Shown: positions 48,610 through 57,562 of the stretch, piece by piece
Layout: each line of letters begins with the position of its first letter
Position numbering within the stretch: position 1 is the first letter of the stretch
Assembly: GCA_900322215.1 (NCBI GenBank)
Contig: ONYW01000005.1
Span: 1-63,222, forward strand
Source of the DNA: an uncultured Eubacteriales bacterium
GTDB taxonomy: Bacteria > Bacillota > Clostridia > Christensenellales > CAG-917
Direction: 5' to 3'
DNA length: 63,222 nt
Made by a program: the position numbers and the translations under genes
The notes under the pieces: generated by a model
What the model was told of the DNA's origin: nothing
Database searches by the model: none
Seen by the model: only the letters and a program-made list of their open reading frames with translations

Positions 48610-48898
48610 ACACTAATTAAAATCTTTATTTTTTTTTTATTATATAAAAAATAAAACTCTCAAAACAAAGATTGTTGACAACTTTTGCTTTTATAAACAC
48701 AAAAAAGCCTGCGTATAAACAAAAATAACACAGTTTGTTCACACAAAACCATACACAAATTTGCAATATTTAGTAACTTTGAAGGGACGAATTCCCCAAG
48801 GTATTGTGGAGTTTGTGTGTTTTTCCACTTGTCAACACTCTTTATTTGTGTTATCATTATTAAAGATATAAAAGAAATAATAAATAGAAGGGTTATAT
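48610..48898. promoter_or_regulatory. Probable oriC / DNA unwinding region upstream of dnaN
   Basis: Very AT-rich; degenerate DnaA boxes (tgttgacaa 48673, ttgttcaca 48735, overlapping ttttccact/ttgtcaaca 48821-48837) followed by tat-cat-tat-taa trio-like repeats. Confidence 0.6.
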
Positions 48899-49999
48899 AT
48901 GAAATTAATTTGCCAAGGATCAGAACTCAGTGACGCATTATCAAAAGTTGTGAAAGCGCTTCCCGTCAAGCGTACGAATCCTATTCTTGATGGTATTCGC
49001 CTTACGGCGAGCGGTGATACGCTCACCCTTTTTGCAACGGATCTTGAACTTGCGATAGAAAAGAAAATCAACGCTCAAGTTTTGCTTGAAGGAGAGATAG
49101 TCGTTCCGGGCAAACTTTTTGCTGACTATGCAAAGAAGATAGAAGAAGAGGAGATAGAACTTGACGGTACGGACGAGACAAAACTCACTATCCGCTACCT
49201 CGATAGCGCGGTGAACATTCGTTGTCTCAACAAGGATGAATATCCTCTCTTCAAAGAAGTCTCAACCGAGCATTCGTTTGTAATCCTCAAAAAGGATTTC
49301 AAGGAAGTTATTTCAAAGGTTATATTCAACGTGGCGGCGGATGACGCAAGACCTTCCCTTCGCGGTGTATGCCTCAACATACGCCCTGACGAACTCGAAG
49401 CAGTCGCGTCGGACGGCTATCGCTTGGCACTTGCAAAAGCCACGATTCAAAACAACGGCATTGTAGAAAAAATAGTTGTTCCCGCAAAGTCTATGAACGA
49501 ACTCAACCGCCTCGTGGACGACGGAGAGGAGACTGTTGCAGTCTATATTGAAAAGAACTATATCATGGTGGATCTCTTCCACACAAAGATAGTTACCCGC
49601 CTTATCAGCGAGGATTATATCAACTACGAAAAGATCATTCCAGGCGTCTTCACAACCGAAGTTACGGTTGACAAAAACATCTTTGAAAAATCTATCGACC
49701 GCGTCGCGCTTATGAACAGACTTGAAAAGAAGTCATACGTCAAGATGGAAATCAAAGAGGACAGCATGACTCTCGGAGCGCACTCCGAAGAAGGCGACGT
49801 CAACGAGAAAGTGACTATCGGTCTCAAAGGAAAAGACCTCACTATCGGTTTCAACTCAAAATATATCATCGACGCAATGCACGCAATAGACGAACCGTTT
49901 GTGACTCTCAACTTCACAACCTCCACTGCCCCTGGAATTATTAAGGGGTCAACGGAGAATTGGTTGTATTTGATTTTGCCGCTTAGAGTTATAGGATAA
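48899..49999 (+). CDS. dnaN: DNA polymerase III beta sliding clamp
   Basis: NPILDGI, ATDLEL, VASDGYRLA, TRLI..DYINYEKIIP, IGFNSKYI and YLILPLR motifs. Confidence 0.97.
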   Translation: MKLICQGSELSDALSKVVKALPVKRTNPILDGIRLTASGDTLTLFATDLELAIEKKINAQVLLEGEIVVPGKLFADYAKKIEEEEIELDGTDETKLTIRYLDSAVNIRCLNKDEYPLFKEVSTEHSFVILKKDFKEVISKVIFNVAADDARPSLRGVCLNIRPDELEAVASDGYRLALAKATIQNNGIVEKIVVPAKSMNELNRLVDDGEETVAVYIEKNYIMVDLFHTKIVTRLISEDYINYEKIIPGVFTTEVTVDKNIFEKSIDRVALMNRLEKKSYVKMEIKEDSMTLGAHSEEGDVNEKVTIGLKGKDLTIGFNSKYIIDAMHAIDEPFVTLNFTTSTAPGIIKGSTENWLYLILPLRVIG

Positions 50000-50042
50000 A
50001 ACAGTGCTATTTGGCGATTGACTGTGTCAGACTTATAAAAAT

Positions 50043-50070
50043 AAAAACACCGCATAAGCGGTGTTTTTTT
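50043..50070 (+). terminator. Intrinsic terminator after dnaN
   Basis: aaaaacaccgc-ataa-gcggtgttttttt. Confidence 0.85.
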
Positions 50071-50079
50071 ATAATATTT

Positions 50080-50250
50080 GTTATATCACTATGTGGTTAT
50101 ATTCGCTACGCGAGTTATATGCAACTTTGTTGCGTTATATTCTTTGCCCTGCAAAGAGTTGTGGAAGAATATAATTGTTTTCCTCAACTCACGGTATAGC
50201 CGTGGACTTCACTCGCACTTGCGAACTTCACTCCCAAAGGGAACTTCACT
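50080..50250. repeat. Two linker-plus-variable-hairpin arrays (GTTATAT x4; ACTTCACT x3)
   Basis: gttatat at 50080, 50096, 50114 and 50134, each followed by a different palindrome; acttcact at 50206, 50225 and 50243 separated by tcgc-actt-gcga and tccc-aaa-ggga. Confidence 0.85.
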
Positions 50251-50395
50251 CATATTGATGTATACGGCAATCCGTGATATAGAAAAAAGTTAGTATAATT
50301 TATACGATTAAATAAAAAAACACCTCGTTGAGGTACTTTTTCAATGATGTGTGCCTACGACACGTTATGGCTGTATTAAAACGCATCGAAGATGC

Positions 50396-50599
50396 TTAGT
50401 AGTGTATGCGCCCTATAAGTGCATCAACCGAGACGTCGAAGATGTCTGCGAGTTTGCATAGTGTCGCTATGTTTGGCTCGCCTGTGCCTTTTTCGTAGCG
50501 ACTGTAGGATTGCTGCTTTATGTCTAGCATCTGGGCAAGTTGCGCTTGTGTATAACCGAACTGTATTCTTAAATTTTTTAGATTAGTCGAAAAGTCCAT
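50396..50599 (-). CDS. XRE-family HTH protein
   Basis: LKNLR...GYTQAQLAQML.I.QQSYSRYEKG..EP....L.KLADIFDVSVDALIGR. Confidence 0.9.
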   Translation of the reverse strand: MDFSTNLKNLRIQFGYTQAQLAQMLDIKQQSYSRYEKGTGEPNIATLCKLADIFDVSVDALIGRIHY

Positions 50600-50783
50600 A
50601 TTCCAAATGATACAACTCTCTCAAAATCTATGTCATTATACAACAAATTATTGTTTTTTTTTACTTATTTTTTATAAAAAAAATAAAACACCGCAAAACG
50701 GTGTTTCGTTCTCTCTTGAAAAACTGTGATATTTGGATGAAGAGCCAGGTCAAACAAACAAAATATAACAAAATATAATAAAT

Positions 50784-50908
50784 TAAAAATGCGTGAGCAA
50801 GATGAGATGCGAGGAAGGGCGGTTTTTTTTGGAGCGCGCGTACTGATGGTACGTAACCGACAAAAAAAGTGACCTGACAAAGCAGGTCGCTTGCTCACGC
50901 ATTTTTTA
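50784..50908. repeat. ERIC-like palindromic element, copy 2
   Basis: TIR aaaaatgcgtgagcaag / cttgctcacgcattttt; core gcgtac...gtacgtaacc; overlaps the dnaA TAA stop. Confidence 0.75.
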
Positions 50909-52273
50909 ACGTTGGAGGAGCATATTGCGTAGGTCATACACAATAATTTTTATTCTCGGATTGTTTTTGATGTCCTCGCTTATCTTGTCTCTTGCGTGAA
51001 TGATCGTCGTATGGTCGCGCCCGCCGAACATCTCGCCTATTTGCACGAGCGGGATAGAAAGCAGTTCCGTGATGAGGTAGATAGCGATCATTCTCGGTTC
51101 TACGACGTTTTTCGTCTTCTTCTTTGAGAAGATATCCGCCGTTGAAATTTTGAAATATTTGCAAACGGTGTCAATTATATCGCTTGCGTCTATCGTGTCC
51201 TTTCTGTCGTCGATGAAGTCCGCGAGCGCGTCGTGCGCAAGTTCGCGGGTGTTGATGACGGTGTTTGAAAGAGAACTGAAAAAGATAATTTTGTTGAGAA
51301 GCCCTTCCATTTCCCTTATGTTTGAAGTGGAATTCTCCGCGATAAACTCCGCGACGTCGTCGGACAAATCGAATTTTGACTGTGCCGCCTTGTTTTTGAG
51401 AATGGCGACGCGAGTCTCCATATCCGGCGTTTGAATGTCGACGGTGAGTCCCCAACTGAAACGCGTAGAGAGCCTGTCGGCGAGTTTTTCCATCTCCTTT
51501 GGCGCGCGGTCGGAAGTGAGAATGATTTGCTTTCCCGACTGGTACAAGTCATTGAAGATGTTGAAGAAGGCGTTTTGAGTGGCGTCTTTGCCGTTTATCG
51601 CCTGAATATCGTCTATCATGAGTACGTCGCAGGAGCGATACTTTTCTCTGAACTTATTGTTTTCCTCGTTTGAACCGCTGCGTATGACTTGAATGATCTC
51701 CGTGACAAGGTCGTCCGCCGTGACGTAAAGCACGTTCGCGTTCTTGTTCTTTTTGAAGATATGATTTCCTATCGCGTGGAGCAAGTGCGTTTTGCCAAGT
51801 CCGACGCCCGAATAGATAAAGAGAGGATTGAATTTTGTGCCGGGTTCTTCCGCAACCGTCTTGCTTGCGGCAAGCGCGTATGCGTTGGATTTGCCCTCCA
51901 CAAAGGTGTCAAAAGTGTATTTTGGAAGAAACGGATTCTTCTTCTTGCTTTGTACGACGGGTGTTGAGACGACAAAGCCCGCATTTTCGACAAAATCCGA
52001 CTGATTTTTGAGATAATCGTCTTTTTTGTCCGCCGTCGTGATGACAACGTCTTTGACGGAGGAGTTTATGGCGGAAGCGACTTCCTTTATCGTATCGAGA
52101 TACTTTGAGTCGATGGTCTTTTTTGCGGTTGCCGAAATCGTCGACAGCACGAGCGCGCCCCCGACAAAGCAAACGGGTTCGAGTTTTTCGATCCACACTT
52201 CATAGCTTATCGCCTGAATGGAGATGGACAACTCTTCCTTGCAATTTTCCCAAAATTCCTCGATATTTATCAT
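50906..52273 (-). CDS. dnaA: Chromosomal replication initiator DnaA
   Basis: YTFDTFVEG.SN, NPLFIYSGVGLGKTHL, LMIDDIQ, SDRAP, RLSTRF.WGL, NIREMEG and FGGRDHTT motifs. Confidence 0.98.
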   Translation of the reverse strand: MINIEEFWENCKEELSISIQAISYEVWIEKLEPVCFVGGALVLSTISATAKKTIDSKYLDTIKEVASAINSSVKDVVITTADKKDDYLKNQSDFVENAGFVVSTPVVQSKKKNPFLPKYTFDTFVEGKSNAYALAASKTVAEEPGTKFNPLFIYSGVGLGKTHLLHAIGNHIFKKNKNANVLYVTADDLVTEIIQVIRSGSNEENNKFREKYRSCDVLMIDDIQAINGKDATQNAFFNIFNDLYQSGKQIILTSDRAPKEMEKLADRLSTRFSWGLTVDIQTPDMETRVAILKNKAAQSKFDLSDDVAEFIAENSTSNIREMEGLLNKIIFFSSLSNTVINTRELAHDALADFIDDRKDTIDASDIIDTVCKYFKISTADIFSKKKTKNVVEPRMIAIYLITELLSIPLVQIGEMFGGRDHTTIIHARDKISEDIKNNPRIKIIVYDLRNMLLQR

Positions 52274-52378
52274 ACCGACAATTATAGCAAACCGAAAAAA
52301 TTTTTCAAGCAAAAAATAAAAAAATAAAACTAAATACAAGATGTTGAAAAAAATTCGCTCATAAGTTATACTTCTAGT
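52274..52378. promoter_or_regulatory. Divergent sigmaA promoters for dnaA and recF, both apparently leaderless
   Basis: Minus strand: TTGAAA-16-TATAAT-7 nt-ATG; plus strand: TTGAAA-17-TATACT-6 nt-ATG; no SD sequence. Confidence 0.65.
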
Positions 52379-53503
52379 ATGAAAATCTTGTCGCTTACCC
52401 TTTCAAACTTCCGCAATTACGCCCACGCGTCTGTGAATTTCACAGACGGTCTCAACGTACTCTACGGCGAAAACGCGAGCGGCAAGACGAATATGCTCGA
52501 GAGCGTATACTTCGCGTCCGTCTTCTCTTCCCCCCGCACGACGAAGGACAAAGAGATGGTTATGCTCGGAGCGGAGTTCGCGACTTTGAAGCTCGTCATA
52601 GAGAAGAAATACCGAAAGCATACGATAAACATATTGATAGATTCCGCAGGCAAAAAAAAGGTCGCCGTGGACGGCGTGCCCGTAAATCGCGCGGCGGAAC
52701 TGCTTGGTATACTCGGCGTCGTCTTCTTCTCCCCCGATGAGATGAAACTCGTCAAGGAATCCCCCGCCGAGAGAAGACGCTTTTTAGACATCGGGCTCAG
52801 CCAACAACAAAAGGCGTATTTTACGGATCTTAGTCGCTACAACCACACGTTAAAGCAAAAGAACAACCTGCTCAAAGAGTATAAGCACTCGACGAATGTT
52901 GACGATATGCTCGACGTATGGGACGCAGGACTTGCAAAAGAGGGCGCGACGATCATCGCCCGCCGTATGGAATATATCGACACGCTCAACGACGCCGCAA
53001 GGAAGTTTCACTTCATCTTATCAGGCGAGAAAGAGACGCTGACTTTGTCGTACGAGAGCGGAGCAAAGACGGACTGCCCGCAGGAGGAACTTGAACAAAA
53101 CCTCCTCACCGCCCTCCGCGCCGCGCGTGAAAAGGACAAGGAACTCGGCTTTTCCACGGTCGGTCCGCACCGCGACGATATAAAGATAGAAATCAACGGC
53201 AAGGATTCTCGCCGTTTTGCTTCGCAAGGTCAACAGCGCACGATTGCGCTTGCCATGAAAATAGGACAGGTCGTCATCTACCGCGACGAGATAGGCGAAT
53301 CCCCCGTGCTTCTCCTCGACGACGTTCTCTCCGAACTCGATGAGAACCGTCAGCACGTCCTGCTCGATCTTGTCAACGGCTTTCAAACTCTCCTCACCTG
53401 CACGGAGTATAAACTTGACAATCCCGCAACTTTGTTTTGCGTTTCAAACGGAAACATAAACAAAAATAAACAGCTCTCAAAGGGTGCCGTTGTGCAACCC
53501 TAA
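52379..53503 (+). CDS. recF: DNA replication/repair protein RecF
   Basis: NFRNY, GENASGKTN, PAERRRFLD, VGPHRDD, ASQGQQRT and LLLDDVLSELD motifs. Confidence 0.97.
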   Translation: MKILSLTLSNFRNYAHASVNFTDGLNVLYGENASGKTNMLESVYFASVFSSPRTTKDKEMVMLGAEFATLKLVIEKKYRKHTINILIDSAGKKKVAVDGVPVNRAAELLGILGVVFFSPDEMKLVKESPAERRRFLDIGLSQQQKAYFTDLSRYNHTLKQKNNLLKEYKHSTNVDDMLDVWDAGLAKEGATIIARRMEYIDTLNDAARKFHFILSGEKETLTLSYESGAKTDCPQEELEQNLLTALRAAREKDKELGFSTVGPHRDDIKIEINGKDSRRFASQGQQRTIALAMKIGQVVIYRDEIGESPVLLLDDVLSELDENRQHVLLDLVNGFQTLLTCTEYKLDNPATLFCVSNGNINKNKQLSKGAVVQP

Positions 53504-53960
53504 ATAAAGTTTTCCCATCTCCTTCGTATGGTTCTTCCCACCGCGCCTAAACCGAACACAAGTCAAAATGCTTAGTTTATGGAAAACGATATGGTCGCAT
53601 TTTGACCTTGCTATTCTCTACAAGGCTTTATACCCGCTCCGGGAAGCACCGTCGGTGCCCTCGCTCAAAAGCTGTGTCAATTTATATTGCCTTTGCAAGC
53701 AAACGCAATAATGATAGTCACACCTTTTTCGCCACTTCGCACACAATGTTGTTTGCTAAACGGAACAAGAGATTGCTTGCTCAATCCAGTATTTCGCAAC
53801 AACCTTGTGTTTGATAATAACCACACGAAGTGTGTGCCACGCCTCTTTGGGCGAAATAGAACGGAGCCTCGCCGTCGAGGCGTACAAAGTATCAGTCGGG
53901 ACACACTCACGCGGTCGTCGCCACTGCGACTCCAATTCCGTCTTCGAACAGCTGGCGCAA
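53499..53960 (-). ncRNA. Candidate large structured non-coding RNA/element, copy A (unidentified family)
   Basis: Collinear conserved blocks shared with 62903-63222; compensatory changes in stems. Confidence 0.6.
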
Positions 53961-54065
53961 GAGAATCATTTCACAAATCCACACTTAAACAATCAAAAAC
54001 AGCACGATAAAGTGCCGTTTTTGCAAATAATTATAAAAACCGTTAACATCAAAAAACAAACATAA

Positions 54066-54187
54066 TAAACCGCTCGGTTCGGATGAAGAGCGCGAAAAAG
54101 CCCGCTTGCGAGAGATGAGCGTACCGACGTACGTGACCCTCGAACAAACGGGCTTTGACAATGCTATTCGCCAAACTGTGCGGTTTA
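54066..54187. repeat. ERIC-like palindromic element, copy 3
   Basis: TIR taaaccgc.cggtt.gg / ccaaactgtgcggttta; core gagcgtac..gtacgtgacc; overlaps the parB TAA stop. Confidence 0.75.
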
Positions 54188-55084
54188 TAATTTATCGTTG
54201 TATTTCAGGATTTGAATCAGCGCATGAATACGCTCAAGATCGTCCGCATTGAAATAGTCTATAGTGATTCTTCCCTTTTGGTCGTTGCCGACGAGTTTGA
54301 CCTTTGTTGCAAAGATACGCTTCATATCGCCGACAAACTCTTTGAGTTCAAGCGACATAACTTTGTTCTCTCTCGGACCTGTCGGAATAGTCTTTCTCGT
54401 GAAGTAGAGGCGAACTCTGTTTTCGAGATCTCTGACGGAGAGTTTGTTGTCGCAGGCTTGCTTTGCAAGGGCGATGAGGTATTCTTTGTCGTCGATGGAG
54501 ATGAGCGTTCTTGCGTGGCCCGGGGCGAGTTTGCCTTCTCTCACGAGTTCGGTCACTTCGTCGGGGAGTTGCAAAAGTCTAAGAGTGTTTGTGACGTACG
54601 GGCGGGATTTGCCGATTCTTATCGCCACTTCCTCTTGAGTGAGACCGTGGTTTTCCATAAGTTCGCGCATACCTTCCGCCGCCTCGACAGCGTTCAAGTC
54701 TTCGCGGTGCAAGTTCTCTATAAGCGAGATTTCTTGGATTTGTTGCGGAGAGAATTCTCTTACGATCGCGGGGACTTTTTTGAGTCCCGCCATGTGGCAT
54801 GCGCGGAAACGGCGTTCGCCTGCGATGATGAGATATCTTCCGCCCTCGCTACGCACAAGAATGAGAGGTTGAAGGACGCCGTACGTCGTGATAGACGCCG
54901 CCATTTCTCTCAAACTGTCCTCGTTGAACGTCTTTCTCGGTTGGTTCGGGTTCCTGTCAATGAGAGTGATGTCGATTTCCTGCGTTTGGATGTCGTCGGA
55001 AAGATCCACTTTGACGTTTTCAGGATTATCGTTGAAGAGTGCGTTCAAGCCTTTCATGCCAAGGCCGCCTTTTGCGTTTGCCAT
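54185..55084 (-). CDS. parB: Chromosome partitioning protein ParB/Spo0J
   Basis: GGLG.KGLNALF, NPNQPRKTF, GVLQP, IIAGERRFRA, IENL.REDLN.VE.A and HTH GKSRPYVTNTLRLL. Confidence 0.96.
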   Translation of the reverse strand: MANAKGGLGMKGLNALFNDNPENVKVDLSDDIQTQEIDITLIDRNPNQPRKTFNEDSLREMAASITTYGVLQPLILVRSEGGRYLIIAGERRFRACHMAGLKKVPAIVREFSPQQIQEISLIENLHREDLNAVEAAEGMRELMENHGLTQEEVAIRIGKSRPYVTNTLRLLQLPDEVTELVREGKLAPGHARTLISIDDKEYLIALAKQACDNKLSVRDLENRVRLYFTRKTIPTGPRENKVMSLELKEFVGDMKRIFATKVKLVGNDQKGRITIDYFNADDLERIHALIQILKYNDKL

Positions 55085-55095
55085 AACAAAACTCC

Positions 55096-55860
55096 TTAGA
55101 TTTTTTGTATAAATTCTTTTGCGAGCGCCTCGTATGCGAGTGCTCCCGCGCATTTTTTGTCGTATAGTACCACCGGCTTGCCAAAACTCGGCGACTCCGC
55201 CAGGCGTACGTTCTTCGGGATCGTGGTCTCAAACACCTTGTCGCCAAAGAGTTTTTCGATCTCCGCCCTCACTTCCCTCGTGAGTTTGCTCCTGCCGTCG
55301 TACATGGTGAGCGCAACGCCCGCGATATTGACGGACGGATTCAAAAACTTCCGTACGAGTTTCACGGTGTTCATCATCTGCGCCAGTCCTTCGAGCGCGA
55401 AGTATTCACACACGATAGGCACGACGATGCCGTTTGACGCGGTGAGTGCGTTGACGGTGAGCAGCCCGAGCGACGGACCGCAGTCTATAAAGATATAGTC
55501 AAAATTGTCCTTTACCGCCTCGAGTTTCTCTTCGAGCACGCGCTCGCGCCCGATGACGATTTGCCCGAGTTCGAGTTCCGCCCCCGCAAGGTCGTTGGAC
55601 GCGGGTAGGATTTTCAATCCCTTTATCTCGGTATCCACGATGCAAGACTTTATGTCAGCGCCGCCGCAAATAACGTCGTATATAGAGTTTTTGGTGCGTT
55701 TGTCAAATATGCCGAGCGATGAAGAGGCGTTTCCCTGCGCGTCGAAGTCCACAACAAGGACTCTTTTGCCCGCTTCCGCTATATATGCCGCAAGATTGAC
55801 GCAGGTCGTCGTCTTGCCAACCCCGCCTTTCTGATTTGAAAATGCAATAATTTTTGCCAT
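55096..55860 (-). CDS. parA: ParA/Soj ATPase
   Basis: NQKGGVGKTTT deviant Walker A, IDCGPSLGLLT, CEYFALEGL and IPKNVRLAESPSFGKP motifs. Confidence 0.96.
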   Translation of the reverse strand: MAKIIAFSNQKGGVGKTTTCVNLAAYIAEAGKRVLVVDFDAQGNASSSLGIFDKRTKNSIYDVICGGADIKSCIVDTEIKGLKILPASNDLAGAELELGQIVIGRERVLEEKLEAVKDNFDYIFIDCGPSLGLLTVNALTASNGIVVPIVCEYFALEGLAQMMNTVKLVRKFLNPSVNIAGVALTMYDGRSKLTREVRAEIEKLFGDKVFETTIPKNVRLAESPSFGKPVVLYDKKCAGALAYEALAKEFIQKI

Positions 55861-56013
55861 ATAATAAAGTCTATCACAGATTAAAAATTTTGGCAACAGG
55901 GTTTTGGCATGGATTTGAGCATATTTTTCTCAATTTGATTTTATAAAAATCAACAAACGGCAAAAATTTCAATAAGACTATGCAAAATCACGAAACGGTG
56001 GTATAATGCAAAT

Positions 56014-56706
56014 ATGCAAAATACAAACAAGCTAAAATCCGTTTTGAACGGCATAGACGTGTTTCCGACAAGCGAGCAGCTTTCAAAGTTGTCCGCCTAT
56101 TTCGATATGGTTGTCGAAAAGAACAAGCAGTTCAATTTGACCGCTATCCTTTCCGAGGACGACTTCGTCTCCAAGCACTACGAAGACAGCCTGTTTGGCG
56201 CAAGCGAGTTCCCTGTCAGCGCGCGTGTGCTGGACATAGGTTGCGGAGGAGGCTTCCCGTCCGTGCCGATAGCAATAATGCGAGAGGATTTGAGCGTCGT
56301 CGGCATAGACTCTACGGCAAAGAAGACTGTGTTTGTTGACGATTCGGCTCGCGAACTCGGGCTTTCAAATCTCACGACAGTCGCGGGCAGAGCGGAAGAC
56401 CAAAAGAACCTCTTCGGCACGTTTGACGCAGTCACGGCAAGGGCGGTGTCGTCACTTCCCATTCTTCTTGAACTGTCCGCTCCGATGCTCAAAGTCGGCG
56501 GGACATTCATCGCCTACAAAACTGACGAATCCGAACTTGAACCAGCAAAAAACGCACTTAAAGTCTTGAATATGCAATTTGACCACTCAAAATGCGGGAT
56601 GCTTTCATGCGGCGAAAAGCGAGCGATCCTCGTCTTTAAGAAGGTCGGCAAGACGCCAAGCAATTATCCCCGTCAATATGGAACAATCAAGAAAAAACCT
56701 CTCTAA
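56014..56706 (+). CDS. rsmG: 16S rRNA m7G527 methyltransferase
   Basis: FNLTAI, KHYEDS, LDIGCGGGFPSVP, GRAED, TARAV and TP..YPR..G..KKKPL motifs. Confidence 0.96.
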   Translation: MQNTNKLKSVLNGIDVFPTSEQLSKLSAYFDMVVEKNKQFNLTAILSEDDFVSKHYEDSLFGASEFPVSARVLDIGCGGGFPSVPIAIMREDLSVVGIDSTAKKTVFVDDSARELGLSNLTTVAGRAEDQKNLFGTFDAVTARAVSSLPILLELSAPMLKVGGTFIAYKTDESELEPAKNALKVLNMQFDHSKCGMLSCGEKRAILVFKKVGKTPSNYPRQYGTIKKKPL

Positions 56707-56830
56707 AACCGTTCGGCTTGGCGAATAGCCGCGTTATCACGTCTTGCTCTTCATTCAACCCGAGCAGTTTTGCAAACCACATAGACTTATTTTTTCAAAA
56801 CAAAATACTATCACAATAAGAAGGCGAAAT

Positions 56831-57556
56831 ATGAGAATAGCAATTATCACCGCTATGGCGGAAGAAACAATGCCGATATTTGAAAGTCTCGGCAGTCACG
56901 TTGTCGACGAGAGTACGATTTCCGGCGTGCAAGTCAGGGAGTTCGAACTCGGGAACGACACCGTCTATCTCGCGACCTCGGGCGTAGGAGAGGTCAAGGC
57001 GGCGCTCGCCGTCCAACTTCTCAAAGACTTGTTCGACGTCGAAGCCGTGCTCAACTTTGGCTTTGTCGGCGCAGTCAGCCCGTCTTTGTCTATTGCCGAA
57101 CTCGTCGTCGCAGACAAGGTGTGTCACTACCAATTCGACATCTCCGCGTTAAACGGTATCGAGTCGGGCAGATATTCCGATCACCCGGACAGGTATTTCT
57201 ATTTTGACAAAAACCTCATCGCCCGCACGCTCGCGAACATAGGAAGACCTATTCGCGTCGTGACGTGCGCGAGCGGAGACAAGTTTGTGTCCTCGTCAGG
57301 CGACAAGAATATGCTCCGCGATGAATTCAGAGCGGACATCTGCGAGATGGAACTTGCAGGCATCGCAATAGCCTGCGAGCGCAACAACTTACCGCTCTTG
57401 TCTCTCAAAGTCGTTTCCGACAAAGCGGATGAGGCGGCAACCGTAGACTTCGGCGAAATCGTCGCAACCGGCATGCACAAGCTTGCAAGCGTCCTCCCCG
57501 CGGTCATCTCCGCCTTAGATGGCACAACGACCACCCTGCCCCCTATCAAAAAATAG
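56831..57556 (+). CDS. mtnN: Cytoplasmic MTA/SAH nucleosidase
   Basis: IAIITAMAEE, SGVG.V.AA, ASGDKFV, CEMELAGIA and KVVSDKAD motifs; no signal peptide. Confidence 0.88.
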   Translation: MRIAIITAMAEETMPIFESLGSHVVDESTISGVQVREFELGNDTVYLATSGVGEVKAALAVQLLKDLFDVEAVLNFGFVGAVSPSLSIAELVVADKVCHYQFDISALNGIESGRYSDHPDRYFYFDKNLIARTLANIGRPIRVVTCASGDKFVSSSGDKNMLRDEFRADICEMELAGIAIACERNNLPLLSLKVVSDKADEAATVDFGEIVATGMHKLASVLPAVISALDGTTTTLPPIKK

Positions 57557-57562
57557 TCCGAG

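Noticed and set aside
53499-53960. Group II intron, group I intron or cobalamin riboswitch
   Set aside because: I could not find domain V, the P7 core or the B12 box; left as unidentified
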